Source: Chiloscyllium plagiosum
Taxonomy: Eukaryota
Length of the DNA stretch: 64,000 nt
Assembly (NCBI RefSeq): GCF_004010195.1
Contig: NC_057719.1
Span: 91,510,512-91,574,511 of the forward strand
Reading direction: 5' to 3'
Below the pieces are notes generated by a model. It was not told the DNA's origin, did no database searches, and was given only the letters and a program-made list of their open reading frames with translations. A program made the position numbers and the translations under genes. Of this stretch, positions 1 through 14,900 are shown piece after piece (the first letter of the stretch is position 1; the number at the start of each line of letters is the position of its first letter).

Positions 1-353
1 GATTAAGGTACTTTTTAAGAGAGCTATTTTCTGGCCAGTGTGCAGATATTGTTGGCTCGGCAGTTCTCTTCCCAACTATTCAATTTTCCCCAGTCTTATA
101 CCCCAAAGCATCTGATTACGTCATTGACTTCTAAGATTGTCAATATACTCAGTTCAAACTGGATTGGAACTTGGTATTTTTCGGGGTATAATTTAAACTG
201 ATTGGCCTAATTTGAATCTGTTTTGTCGTTTCCAGTCAACCAGCTACCCCAGTAGCTAGACCACGTTACATTGTGTCTTATTGAGAACACTTGGTGCTGT
301 CACTGCTAGCTTTTAAATCTCTTAAAAGCACAGTACACTCACATCTTCATAAC
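1..353 (-). mobile_element. LTR (partial, cut by window edge), same family as 34610-35323
   Basis: Reverse complement starts TGTTATGAAGATGTGAGTGTACTGTGCTTTTAAGAG, similar to the start of 34610; internal block 184-240 matches 34725-34776 in reverse. Confidence 0.7.
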
Positions 354-399
354 ACTATAAGGGTTCAAAATTAATAAGGAAGGAAGCCTGGATCCACTT

Positions 400-1140
400 A
401 TTGTCACTTAAAGTTGACAAGGCTCAGGAGTGGAATGAGATGCATCCAAGGATTTTGAAGGAAAGAACAACTGAAATTGCAGAGGCACTGCCCACAATCT
501 CTTCAGTCTACTCAGATTTGGGAGAGAGGCCAAAAGATTGGAGGACTGCAAACACTACAGGCTTGTTGAAGAAAGCTTGTAAGATAATCCCAGCAATCAC
601 AGACCCCAGTCAGTTTATTTTAGATGGTGGGGAAGCTTATGGAGACAATGACTTGGGACGGAATTAGTAATCACATGGGAAAAGGTGGGTTGATTAGCAA
701 GAGTCAGCTTGGATTTCTAAAGGGAAAATCATATTTAACCAATTTGGAGTTTCTTGAACTGGTATCTCAAAAGGTTGCTATTGACCTGGAATTGATAAAA
801 TTGATTTGCGAAGAAAGTTACAGATCATGGTATAAAAGGAACAATACTAATGTGAATACAATGGGAGGTCATAATTCAAAATGATGTGCAAACAAATCAA
901 GGGCAATGAGAGAAAGAAAACTTCTTAACACAGCCAGTAGTTTGGGTGTGGAATGCACTTCTTCGAAATGTGGTGAAGGCAGGTTCAATGAAGGCATTCC
1001 AGGGGGAGTTAGGTGATTATTTGGAGAGAAATAGTGCCCAGGGAAATGGGGAAAAGGCAGGAGATTGGCACTAGATAATAGAATAGGTATGGGCAACAAG
1101 GGCTAAATGGCCTCCCTCTGCATCATAGCAATTCTGTGAC
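400..1140 (+). mobile_element. Old CR1-clade LINE ORF2 fragment with internal deletions
   Basis: Decayed RT peptides (LKVDK...MHPRILKE, DWRTAN, SQLGFLKGKSYLTNL) and CR1-type 3' tail. Confidence 0.75.
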
Positions 1141-1625
1141 TATACTATTAGCACTTTACTCAGATGCAATGATAAACTGGCAAATATTTGAAGCAATGCA
1201 CTATATAAGTTTATATTAAGTTTAGCAATGACCATTTTGTAGCAGATTAAGCTGATCCTACTTGTGGAGAAGCAAAGTCAAGTACTTTGATTGAGCTAAT
1301 AAGGATAAAGTTTTCCAGTGGCAGGAGGGTCAGACACCAGACAGAGGTGGGATTAAGATTTTAGCAAAACTAATTGTGATATTTCATCTGGAGCCATAAC
1401 CTGTCTGAAAGGAGATACTTAATAGTTTACAGAAGAAAACTGGACATATGCTTGAAAAGGAATATTTGCAGGACTATGGGAAAACTGTAGGCAAGTGGTC
1501 TCAATTTGAGAGCACAGATGCAAAGAGCCAATTGGTCTCCTTCTGTTCTGTATGATTCTATGCTATCTCTATGCTTTTAAAGTAGGCATGCAACTAGTTA
1601 TTGCTCAGTGTGCATGGTGAGATAC

Positions 1626-1796
1626 CTTAGGAACATGCCCAAACCAGATCCACAGTTGATGGCGTGAGCTACACAGGCTCCAATCTCCTCCCCATTCACT
1701 TCCTCCCGACAGCACTGACTCTCTGAACACAGCATGGCTCCACAGAACATGCAGAGTGCTAAATTCTTCGTCTCATCATCAGAGGATCTTGAGCAC
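1626..1796 (-). CDS. UBR1: UBR1 exon, 171 nt: [57 protein letters not shown]
   Basis: Acceptor tctctaacag, donor gtatct; Cys/His-rich C-terminal domain. Confidence 0.95.
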
Positions 1797-2890
1797 CTGT
1801 TAGAGATATTGTAGAAACCTGCTCAAAATTCTGGCTCTGTAAATGTCCCACCCATCACACATCAGCCTCACTTCAACATTCAGTACCACGCTTCCACTGG
1901 CAAGAAGGATAGTGCCCTAACAGAAGTAAAGAAACACGGTTGGGACAGGTAAGAATCTTACTGTGAAGCAAACTATTGTAACCTGGAATGCACTGGCTGA
2001 AAAAGTGATGGACGTAGACTCAAAACTGGATAAAGATTTGAACAGCCACATAAGTAGAGCTCAAGGGAAAGAGTGAGGGAGAGGAACTAATTAATTGTAC
2101 AAAGAGCCAGCATTAGCATGAAAAATTGAATAGTCTCATTCTGCGCTATAATGAAGATCATAGAGGTGGCAGTGACGTAGTGACAATGTCACTGGATTGC
2201 TAATCTAGAACCAGAGGCTAATACTGCGATGACACGGATTTAAATCTCATCATGACATTTGGTCAAACCTGAATTCGTTGAAAATCTAGAATAAAAAAGT
2301 GTCCTAATGCTGACCATGAAGCTACTTCAATTGTTATAAAAAATTGTGATTACCTGGTTCACTAATGTCCTTTAATGAAGGAAGTCATCTGTCCTCACCT
2401 AGTCTGGTCTAAATGTGAGACTGGAACCACAGCAGTCTGGTTCACACTTAACTGCCCTCTAGCCAATTAAGGATGGGCAATTAAATACCAGCCTAGACTA
2501 TAACGGTTACATCCAGTGAACAAATTTTTAAAAGTCCAACCAATTACCTGATTACTTGAGTAGCTACAACCCAGCAATGACAGGTATTACTATCTAACTG
2601 ACAGCACTTGAAGCTGATATCCAATTTATACTGTGACTTTCGACATGATTGGTTGCAGTAGAGTCATGTTTGCACTTCTGGTCACAGGAGTTCCTTGATG
2701 TCAGGGTAAACTACCTACTAGTCAGGGATGTGGGTAACAGAAAGCAAACCTGCTCAAGGTAGGACAGAACCACTGTGGTGCTGCCAATCTGTGTGCATTA
2801 TGCACCAAACTCTAGCCCTTGGCCTAGAAAAGACTTTATTCTGTGATGTAGTGTCACTTGGCTCTCTTAACTCACAGCACAGCAACAGGA

Positions 2891-2923
<33 letters not shown>

Positions 2924-5900
2924 AAGGTTTAATAGAGAAAACAACTAATAAGTGTTTAAAGATTTCCGAATGCCAGCTCGAAAGACTTTTACACATTGCA
3001 GCCTCAACGTCAATTGTTAAGCTATATTTTCAATGTCAAAATGTGGGTCTATAAATTCTTCCACTTGTAGCAATGCAAGAACTATCAAAAGGTAGTGTAT
3101 TAAATGGTAAAATTCAGGCATGAAGTTGATTAATGGACTCACTTGTACTGAGAACCCTGATTCAGTATACAACTGTAGTCTTCCGGAAGTTCCATTAATT
3201 GGTTTCTCTCCCTTGGATACCTTTGAAGAAAGAAATTACTGTCAAGTAGCATCACGTTACTGACAGGATAGTATTTTAAATACAAGCGACACATCTCATT
3301 CAAAACCATATTCTGTGCCAGCCTTCAGAGAGAGGGGTGAGAAAGACCAAACAAGACCATTTTGCACTCACTCACTGCCTCCTATAAATTCCACAATGTA
3401 GATGGATAGAGGAGAAGAATCAGTGTTTCACAGCAAGAGCAACCGATGCTGAACAATTTGAGCAGAAACTGGATTCACAGAGCTCACACTGTCAGCACCA
3501 TACCCCTCCTTCAGTACTTCCACCTTAAATGACTTGAGAAGACAAAAAGTAATAGAATCTGATGTTGTTCAGTCAAGATTAGCAGAACATGGTCTTCTGC
3601 AACTGCGGGAACTGAACTTTTTAAATTAGCACTCAAATGTCATGCAAATGATGATTTGAAGTTAACTCTCAATATCACATAAACAGCATGCACAACATTG
3701 TTTGTCAGAAAAATACTGAACCGTAGTTCAGATTGTTTATAGTATTCAGAAGCACAGCTTGCTCTCTGCAATTCCCATGCATTCCCCCTCGTTCAAATTT
3801 AGCTATCACAGATTTCCTGCAGGTGACCTAAGCTGCTAATGCACCTACTCAAATTGCTCCATCAGGAATAACTGCACTTCTTGATACCAGCAGGCTGTCT
3901 CATTTTAATTTTGCACAGCAAGTGCTTTGTTCTGGTGTCCTTAGTTACTAGGTTTTATAAATGTCTAAACTTTTTACACCTAGCCTCTGCACAAAGTCTT
4001 ACAACAACCTTACATTCCTTCAAGGTCCAGAGATTCAAAAAAAACATCAATCAACCAAGACTACCAAAGAAAGTTAAAGGTGAAAAGAAAATGGCTTATA
4101 AATGGCCAGAAATGGAAACAAACCTGAGGAGTGGGAGATTTGGAATACATAAAAGGAGGACCAAGAAACTGAGAAGGAAGGATAGCATTCAAGTGTAAAG
4201 CATGAAGTATAAAACAGAACTGTAAAAACTTCTGTAGGTATGTAAAATGGGAGAGAGAAATGGCAGAGAAGCTAAAATGCTTACGAGCGCGAGACAGAGA
4301 GAGCGCGAGACAGAGAGAGCGCGAGACAGAGAGAGCGCGAGACAGAGAGAGAGAGAGCGCGAGACAGAGAGAGCGCGAGACAGAGAGAGGTAAATCTGAA
4401 GAAAACCAATTTATCTTTCCTGTAATCACCGTTGTAAACTGTTGAGTTTTAATGGATAAATCAGAGACTTTTAAAAGTGATTCAGCCAGCTTGTGTCTCT
4501 TACCAAGCATTGGAAATGACCGGACAGTGAGAGATGATCACAGCAATGCACTGGTCAACAGAAGAGTCAAAGATCATCTCACCAAAGATTCCAGGAACAA
4601 CGACTATTGAACTGTCGTTCTAGCCTTTGCCCTCTTTCCATATTTGACATTGAAAATGTGTAAGGGGCAGTGTACAAGGGATTATATTTCCAATCAATGG
4701 TGTAAAAGGTTATGGGAGTAGTGTGGGTAAAAGAAATTGAAGCGTTGATCAGCCACGATTGTACTAAATGGTGCAGCAGGCTCAACGGGCTGAATGGCTT
4801 ATGCTGTTAATTGTTAAAATTCCACCTTTGTATTCAAATCCCTCAGAAGCCTTGCCTCTTCCACCCTGTAACGTCTTGCTCTGCAAGTTTGAAATTTCCA
4901 CTCTTCCTCTGTTCTGGCAAATGTTAATCCTCAATTCCTTCTTTCCATCTCCAGTAGCCCAGTTTTCAGCTGCTCAGATGCTAATTTCTGGAATTCTCTG
5001 CAATCACTTCAACTCTTTTCCCTCCTTTCAGCCACTCCTCAAAGTGCACCTCTTTGACCAGACTTGTGGTCACATTTGGCAGCACGGTGGCTCAGTGGTT
5101 AGCACTGCTGCCTCACAGCACCAGGGTCCCCTATTCGATTCCAGCATTGGGCGACTGTGTGTGGAGTTTGCACATTCTCCCCGTGTCTGCATGGGTTTCC
5201 TCTGGGTGCTCCGGTTTCCTCCCACAGTCCAAAGATGTGCAGGTTAGGTGAATTTGCCATTCTAAATTGCACTAGTCAGAGGAAAATGGGTCTGGGTGGG
5301 CTACTCTTTGGTGTGGACTTGTTGGGCTGAAAGGCCTGTTTCCACACTGTAGGGAATCGAATCTAATCATGTTTCAATATCACTTTTTTGTGGACTGGGA
5401 TCAATTTGTGTCTGATAATGTTCCAATTTGGGATGTTTTGCAGCGTCAAAAGTATGTCTTAAAATTAATTGTGCTACTGTGTTATAGCTTGATTGAGTGA
5501 AGATAATAGGAAACAAAGATAAAAACCAAATGCTGGAAATGCACAGCAGCTCAATTTATGTCTGAATCAGCTGGATTACAGATTTTATGCAAACCCTTTA
5601 TCAGCACATTATTTTGATATTGTTTTAGAGAATAACTAACTCAATGTGCAGTAAATAAAGAAAAAGATTCCAACAGCGAGGGATAAGGATGAATGCACCA
5701 AGAACAGACAGGATGCATAAAGAGATCACTAACTGGACTGTTGTTCGCTCTCCTTTGAGAAAGCTTTGCACTGAAGAATCAGAACACCATCTGCAAAAGA
5801 AAAATGCACAAACTTTAATTAAACAAGCTCTGCAGGCAACATTTTCCAATTTAAAACCGTTGACTGTTGCAAGATAATGACAAAATGCATTTGTGATGAA

Positions 5901-8900
5901 GCTGCCGCAGCTTATTTGTGTATGATCAGTATACTGAGTACCTGAAACAAATACTGAGCTTCAAAGATCCAGGAAAACGCCTGTACTAACTATAAGACCT
6001 CAATATTTAGGTTTATTCAGAGTACGTTGCCTAACAATCACATTTTTAATTATATTTTGATACAAATTTTAACTAATTCTGGTGTATGGTTACAGTGTCA
6101 CATTTACAACAAGTCCCACCTCCCAAAGAAATGTAGACCATAAAAGTCCATGCAAAGGCTCAAAGATTAATCTCCTTGATCATCTATGCAGTGAAGTTGA
6201 CTTACTTTGCTGGAGGAAGGCCAAAGGAATGTTAGCTTTTATCATAAAGGATTTGAGTATCGGTGTAGTGAAGTCTTGCTTCAAGTGTATGAACCTGGTT
6301 AGGAACCTGGAATCCTGAGGGGGGTTTTGGTCTCATTATCTCAGGAAATATATTATTGTCATAAAGGGAGTACAATGATGGCTCACCAGACTTCTGCCTG
6401 GAATGGGGGGATTGTACAATGAAATGAGATTTGGCAAACTGGGCCTATATTCTCTGGAGTTTTGAAGAATCAGAGATGACCCAATTACAAAATACTTGAA
6501 GGGATAGGTTAAAGACATTTTATTACTCAGAGGGTTATGAATCTCTGGAATTGGATTTTTGAATAGTGGAGTAAGTTTGGTGTGCTGTTTGGCCTCTTCC
6601 TGTCCCCATGTCATATGTTACATGTGACCATCCCAAGCTCAGGCCATACTATCGTTCTGTCTGCTCTCCCAGCTACTTTTCAATCTCATGTCTTACACAA
6701 GATCACCTTCTTGCTCCCTCAAATGCTCCAGATGGAGGTTCAGAGCACTGAATAATCCTTGATGCACTTACTTTCACAATACTTGCTTGCTCTGTTGCTT
6801 GCTCATCAACATCAATTTACTCAAGGATGGAACTAAATTTACATGATGGAACTGTTGGACACCATCTGCAGGCTGGTTGTGCTTATTTAACTAAGTTCCC
6901 AGCCTTGGCTAGACTACTATAGAGTGGGAAATAGAAACCAAACCATTAGATACCTTGTAGAGCAGATTTGGAGCAGTACTGGCAAAACCTGAAAGTGAGG
7001 TGGTCATGGCTGTTTTTGTTACAGAGAAGAAGGTTAAGAGGTGACTTAATTGAGGCATGCAAAATGATCAGAGGATTAGATAGGTTGGAGAGAGAGAGCC
7101 CTTTTCCTTGGATAGTGACGGCTAGCACGAGGGAACATAGCTTTAAATTAAGGGGTGATAGATATAGGACACATGTCGGAGGTAGGTTCTTTACTGAATA
7201 GTAGGGGTGCGAAACTCTCTGCCTGCAATAGTCGCAGACTCACCAAGTTTAAGGGCATTTAAATGGTCATTGGATAAGCATATGGATAAGAATGGAATAG
7301 TGTAGGTTAGATAGGTTTCAGGTCGGTTTCACAGGTTGGCGCAACATCGAGGGCTAAAAGGCCTGTACTGCGCTGTTGTGTTCTATGGGTAAGCTGGCTA
7401 AAGGATTATGGGGCTTCAAATTGATGAGGTAGTGGTTGGAATCTGCAAAAAAATGGCCTTACCTTTTAAAAATACATCTATGAACATCATTTTTTAAAAA
7501 CACAGTTTCAGTTTAAATTTGTGATCTCGATTTCAGCCTGCAATGCACATCATTTTGAGGGCTGACCAGATAACTGCTCCAATCCTGCACGTTCTTGTGT
7601 AATCTCTCTACTGAATGTCACTTAAGGTAGGAGAACCTTTGCTAAAACATCACTTCTGTTGTTGCGACAGATTTTTTTAATACCTGAAACTACTTCAAGC
7701 AAAGCAGTACTTACCTTTGTAACAAAGGAGATACTATGTCCTGGTGCTCCTGAAAAAGTTTGAAAAGGTTGGTAGGCAACGCCAGGTAAAGACATAAGGC
7801 TTCAAACTGCCCTTCAGAGGAATCTGGGAAGAAAAGCAGGATTCATATCAAGTGTGAGACTAGTGACTTTCACATTATTAAAAAAAAAAATCGCTAAAGC
7901 TTGTTTCGGGGTAACTAGGTGAGGCTTAATGGAGATTTTAACTAGTTTTATATAACAAGTGTTTGACACAGCATTGTAATAACAAGATGGAAGTCATTTT
8001 TATATCTACATTATTTCAAGTCTGATTCCAGACACTAATGCTGCTCAATGTAGCTCCTTTCTCCTAGGGGGATGGGGGTAACTGAACCCGATTTAACAAG
8101 GATGTTGGGAGCTGATTAGCTGAGCCAGGTAACCTGGAATATATGAAATACAAAAAGGAATTAAAACAATGTATAATTTTACCATGACATCTAAGAACTC
8201 CAACCACAAATGGCTGACATCATTTAACACATGCTTCACAATATATCACAATCAGCAGTTATATATTTGCTGATGTGCAGTTTGATTATTCTGATTTGTG
8301 CAAGCTCCTCAGCGTCAAAATGACAAAAATACTGTGGCCTTATTGTTGCTGCACACTTTCTACACCCTCAGCACTTGTCCCTCTTGACTGTGTATCTCAT
8401 TAGTGTCTATTTGTTCAGAGCCAAAGCTGCTGTTTTTCTGGTCACTTCAAGATTAGATTGCTCCACATGCCATTCATTACAATCTTTCCTACTGACCACG
8501 CCTGTGGCTTCATCCTAACCGCCAGCCTATTTTCTAGACATTCCAACAACAAAATATGCCAGTCTTAAAACATTCTAACCACAACGATTGTTCCCTAGGC
8601 CTTTTATTCCCCTATCATTAAATGCTCAGAGGGCTGTCACCTCAATTATCAACTCAACTGATGCAATCCACAGACTCGTAACTCCCCAACAAAACAGGTT
8701 CTCCTGCTTCCTGTTCAACAGATCTTAAATTTAATTGTCAAATGTTCCCTTGATCCTGAACACTTGACAATGGGAAAAGTACAACCCTGTTAAATCACCC
8801 CATAATTGCCCAGATTTTCAAGACTTTATTTGCATTTGCCTGTATCAGACAGCACCTAGTGAATGTGTACTGTACCCTCACTAAGGTCTCAACATCCTTC

Positions 8901-11900
8901 TAGCACTGAGGAGCCTGAAGCTACATTCAGTACTCTAACCGTGGCCAGAAAAGTTATACGTAGACTTTCCATTAAATCCAGCAAAGCATTAAACATTTGC
9001 ATGGGTTTAATTTTCATTTCTACTTTTAATGTCTTGTGAACCTAAATACCTACCCCAAAATATCATCATTATCCTCCGGGAAAAGTCCACCCATTTATTT
9101 ACTGACACTGAATTCTATTTGCAACAATTTCCGAATTTCACTATTTTATCACTAGCTCTACAGCACTACAGATGCACAATCATTTTCTACTGCATTACAG
9201 AAGTACAAGTATTTCTGTTCCTAATTCCTTTCTTTTCCGATTCTTACATAGAAATTAGATGTCTTGGTTGGAGCTACAAGTTATGATTCCAGCTTGAGGT
9301 GGCAACTAAAAGTCAAAGTTGTTTGATTAGAATTCTGCTGAAACCCAGTAATTATGTTAAATCAAAACAATAAAATTCTGGAAAGGCAAACAGTTACTCG
9401 GCATTGAAGAAGAACATACTTGGATGAAGGGCAACACTTGAAATCAAGTAACCTCTCCGGAGGCTTTACCAGATGGTTATTCTTAATCTAGATTGTTCAT
9501 TTCTCTTTACGACCAAATCTCAAACTTTTATGATACCATGATCACTGTCCCCTAACTGTTCTCTACTGATGCTTGCCCCGAAGAGCAAGTCTAGCTGCGT
9601 CTCCATTCTTGGGGCATTGAAGACACACTGTTTGGAAACAATCTAAGAACACTTGCTCCTTCCTGTCCCTTAAACTACCACTGTCCCAGTCTACACTCAG
9701 TTCATTAAAATCCCCCTTCATATCCACTTGGAATTTCTTACAAGTATGGTGCATCACAAAACCAAGAACTTCTAAAAGACATGGTGGCCTTTTTTGGAAT
9801 ACCTGGACACAGATATGTCTGCCACACTAATAAGGACTTTTATATAACCGTAATGATTGTGCTTTTACGAGTCCAACATCCAGGGAGGGGGAACTCCGAA
9901 CGCATGTGAAAATTGATGCTCTCGATATTCGAGAGTTAGTGTTTTGTTTTGCTGAGCTGTATTATTATTTATCAGTTTGTTGTTAGTTATTATTTATTTA
10001 GTTAAGTAGTTAGTTGGGTTATTCTTATATATTTATACATTTGTACATGAGGGTGGTTTGGATTTTAAAAAAATTTTTTGGTGTTCTTTCTTGGTATTAT
10101 TTTGCATTTGTTGTAATATTAAAAAATCTATTTTTCAATAAAAATATATTTTTAGAAATTCCCCTTCAGAACTATTTTAAGATGTCTACATCGCTCTATG
10201 ATTTCCTTGCTTTCCTGGTTTTTCATTGCTATCTTTGAAAACAAAATTACATTCACCAAAAACCACATATTCCCAAATTAAAACTGCAAGTTCCTTTTCA
10301 CTTACCTTTTGACAGCTCCTCAGGAGGTGGCACTCCAAGCAGGTAGTTGAAGAACAAGGCAGAACAGCGAAGGAATGGAAAAATGCCACATTTCACACAG
10401 TTCCACAGGTAGCAGCCATGGGGCTTATATTCTAAAGATCTGTTGACAATTGCAACTCATTTTAACATGGCAAATGACAAAACGCCCACTTTAGATTTAG
10501 ATTAGATTACAGTGTGGAAACAGGCCCTTCGGCCCAACAAGTCCACACCGACCCGCCGAAGCGAAACCCACCCATACCCCTACATTTACCCCTTACCTAA
10601 CACTACGGGCAATTTAGTATGGCCAATTCACCTGACCCTGCACATCTTTGGATGGTGGGAGGAAACCGGAGCACCCGGAGGAAACCCATGCAGACACGGG
10701 GAGAACGTGCAAACTCCACACAGTCAGTCGCCTGAGGCGGGAATTGAACCCGGGTCTCTGGCGCTGTGAGGCAGCAGTGCTAACCACTGTGCCACCATGC
10801 CGCCCACTTTGTAGAACTTGCACACTAGAAATTGCCATTCAGAATGGAAACCATATTAAATGGGAATGATTGATTGTAGGAATGCTGAAAACTTTATTCT
10901 CAAATAAAATTAATACAAAATAGAATAATTATTGCAAGTACAGCAAACTTTGTTTTAACTGGCACTCTTGATATACAGTCAAAAATTATATGTACTCTGA
11001 TGTCAGAGTATTTATGCTGTAAATAAAGTGTAATAGTGATGTGTATACACCCTGCATAAAAGCTCTAATCCTTACTGTGAGCTTTTACATAGATATCAGG
11101 AGGTGTGTTTTGAGAGATCTTGATGTCTTGAAGTTTTGCTTGGTCAGAGTTTACTGCGGTTATGCGTACTTCTTGATTGTCCGCAATAATTGATCAACTG
11201 ACACACTCCTGGTCCCATTGGTGCTGGTTAATAAAAAGGGTGCTATATATTTGAAATGAGGGGTCAGTTAGCTGGATGACTGGTTCGTGATGCAGAGTGA
11301 TTCCAACAGTGTAGGTTCAATTCTTGGGCCGACTCTCCTCCTCAACCTCCCCCCAAATAGTCATCTTTATCTTTAAGAGAGCAGCACTATGGTGCAGTAG
11401 AGGAATGGTGACTTTAAAATTTGATATGTAGCAGTGGCAACACCAATTCAATCCCCCAAGGGAGCAGTGATGTGAGCAAACTGTAACACTGTCCTCTGAA
11501 CAGCCAAGAACCTCAGGTTAACATCACAGAAAACCTGCATAAAGAACAGAACTCTACATTCTCACAAATTAATTAAAAGTGAGTTGGAGCCTTGTTTGAT
11601 ATGAAAAATCTTTTTACCTTTCAGATGTACGCAACCATCTTACACCTCGATTTTTGCACTGCAAGTTTCTACTCCAACATGTGCTGGTCGAAAGCTCAGG
11701 AGGCCAAGCTGTTCCCAAGCTTTTGGCAACATAGGAAGACTTCCAAAAAAAAACCAAGCGTGCTTATCCTAAACTTTCCAAATCTTCCACACTGAGATAC
11801 AACCAACATCCATTCATCATCTCAGCTGATGAAACGATGAAAGTTGGGAACTACATGTGTGCCAACAAGGACATCAGGATCAGGAAATGTGGCAATATGA

Positions 11901-14900
11901 CAGAACGGAGCAAGATCATTGAATCTTACAGCACAGGAGGGGATTTGGTTTGGAAACCTGTGCTAGTTATTCAAAAGAAGCATCCAGATAGTTTCATTCT
12001 GCATAGCCTTGGGCATTATTCCTTTCTACTTGAAATGTTTTTTAGTCACTACCCCTCAGAAAATCAGGCTTTAACCCCACTGGTGTTTGCCAACTACAGC
12101 CTCATCTCCAATCTTTCGTTCCTCTCCAAAGTCTTTAAACAAGTTGCTGTTTCCAAAACCCATGTCCATCTTTCCTGGAAATCTACGTAAACATTCCTCT
12201 AATCAGGTTTCTGCCTCTGCCACAATAGTGAAACAGCTCTGATCAAAGTTAGAAATGACATTGTGAGATTCTGACAAAACACACCCTCATTCTTCAGCTT
12301 TTCTGATGTAGCTTTTGATATTGCTGACCACATCAATATCGCTCCACCACTGTCCAGCTGTTGAGTCTTGTTCTCTTCTGGTTCATCCATTCAATCAGAG
12401 CCAGGGAATTACTTGCAATGAGTTTTCATTCTGCTCATGCACCATTAGGATATTACAAGGATGTATCTTTAGCTCCCTCCAACTTCCAGATTCACCTGCA
12501 TGCTGCCCCGAGGACACATCATCATTGATGAAACCTAGCTCCACCTTACAAACATTTTACAACTCCTCCATTCCTGAGAAATGCTATCAGCTTATCCAAC
12601 ATCCAGTATCAAATTCCTCCAAGAGTGGCCAGACCAAGGACACTGTTTCATCTTCATTCCAAACTCTATTCACTAGCTACAGATTCCATCTCTCTCTCTG
12701 GCAAAAGTCTCTGGTACTTCAGTGAGAAGAGCTGTCAAATTCATGTCTGTGTCATCACTAAAACTATCTATTTCGACCTCAATAGCATTCTTCAACTCCA
12801 CCATCTCAGATCATTGGCTCATTCATGTCTTTGTTAGCTCCAGATTCAACTATTCTAATGCACTCCTGCCTGGTTTCCCAAATTCTACCCTCCACAGATC
12901 ATCCAAATTTCTGCTTCCAATGTTGTAACTTGCAGCAAGTTCCTTTCTCCTTCACGCCCAAACTCCTGATTAAGTTGCTTGTTGATTTTAAAATTCTCAT
13001 CCTTGTTTGGGAAAACTCTATCTCTGGAATCATGTCAGAGTATCTCAGCCCTCTGAGATCTCTGTGTACCTCTTCTTCAGACCTCATGAAACCCCAATCT
13101 AATCTCTGTATTACTGGTGACCATGACTTCATCTGTTGAGATCACAAGTAGAATGTTCCCCTTACACCTCGCTGCCTCTCTACCTCTCTTTCTTCCTTTA
13201 GGACACTTCTTAAGACTTCTCTCTTTGACCCAGCTTTTGATCGTTTGACTGTATACATCATGTGGCTTAGTATCATACATTTTTAAAATAAAACACAAAA
13301 GCAATATATTAGATTTAGTAACCAAGTAGACTGCGAACTGAGCCCAGCTTGGAAATAATGTCTCTTGAAGATTTGTCAGGAACTAAGTAGTTATATCACT
13401 GCAAGAAACTTTAGTTTCTGTCTCATACCTGCTTGTGTATTCTCGAAGCACTTCATACAGCTCTGCTGCTGACTGAGACTCCTCACTCTCCTCTCCATCC
13501 TGCTCCATAGGACAATCTGCTCAGGAATAACACAAGTATTGCACAAAACAATGGCATCTTGAACTGTACAGTTTGTTTCGATATAATGTGATAGTTCCTG
13601 TGCGATCCCACGTTATAAGAAAATCGGTTATTAGCAGCACCATTTAAACCAATGCGACCGGAATCACATTATAGCCAATACAGGTGGGGAAAGGTTACGT
13701 TCAACAAATAGTGGTCCAAATTCTTCCATTGTGTAATAGTCAATTCATGTTGAAGAAACACATGTTACACCAACTATACCATTAACCAAATAAAAACAAA
13801 GAAAAGTAAAACAAAGGAAAGCTTGCATACAAGTTTAGTGGTTACTTAAAAGTCAATTTAGTCAGCTAGACCAAAACAATCCTACAACCAAAGAATGCAG
13901 CCTCAGCAGCAATGTGGCAGGGGTACAAAGAGAGAAAACACGGTTGCTTGATGCTGCATGAATCAACAAAACAAAAATGAAATTCCATATCTCTACTTAA
14001 AATTAATTAACGTCAAACACTTTCTTTTAGGCACATGCAATTCTCTTGTGTTTTTAGACCTATACACCAATTCAAACTGGTTTAAGACTACTCAAGTTAT
14101 ATTAGTTATCAAGGTAACATCTTAATTAGTTTGTACAGTTTTGGATTACCTGTTACTTTGGTCAGATCCTTGACATGTCACTCTCACATCTATCATGTTA
14201 CTTCAGCCATTTGGTTTGTCTCCAGCACTATCTTATTTTAAATTCTTTGTAAATAATTCTCTGCCTCAATTATATGTCAACCCATCACTTGCTATTCAGC
14301 TTTTGACACTTTACTCACACCGCCTGACACTTTTGATCACCTGCAGAGATTAATTATTCAGCGTGTTGACACTTCACACACGCCATTTGTATGATCTTTT
14401 GATCTCTCTATTGAGCTCGCTCTGTCTGTACGCTTTTCTTCACTTTATCCGACGAAGGAGCAATTCTCCAAATGCTTATGATTTCAAATAAACCTGTTGG
14501 ACGAGAAAGTGGGACTTCTGATCTTGTGACTTTTTGACCTTGGTGTAGTGGTTTAGTACAAAGTAGTGGCTTAGTACAAAGTAGTGACTTGCTTAGCCAG
14601 TTCAAAGGGCAGTTCAGAATGAACCACATTGCTGTGGGTCTGGACTCTGCAAATTTTCTTCCCGAAAGGACATTAGCGATGGGCTTTCCCAACAATTGAT
14701 TACAGTCTTAGTAATACTGCTATGAAACTAACTTTCCATTCCAAATTTAATTTTAATTAATTAACCAAATTTTATGAACTAATCAACAGGTTCCGTGGTG
14801 GGATTTGAACCCGTACTTCACAAGTATGCAAGAAGGAAAAGAAGCAATCTACTTTCAATTTCTCTGTTAGGTTATTCTCATTTTATTATGAATCCATATT

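Noticed and set aside
2728..3054. ORF with an RS-repeat resembling an SR protein (poly-Leu on the other strand)
   Set aside because: Produced by the (GCAGGA)n microsatellite; no RRM or other supporting features
4061..4510. 149-aa and 61-aa ORFs with RERE/SLSL repeats
   Set aside because: Translation of the 16-bp minisatellite
5078..5150. tRNA-like A/B boxes as tRNA genes (here and at other SINE heads)
   Set aside because: They continue into SINE bodies and do not form a complete cloverleaf
9421..9460. Further hammerhead-like remnants (tggatgaagggc...ttgaaa; also near 33490-33520)
   Set aside because: Too degenerate to support the core or stems
10512..10869. Recurrent '[12 protein letters not shown]...' and '[22 protein letters not shown]' ORFs (also near 5054, 41425, 53403, 62772)
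   Set aside because: Chance frames of the HE1 SINE, not a gene family
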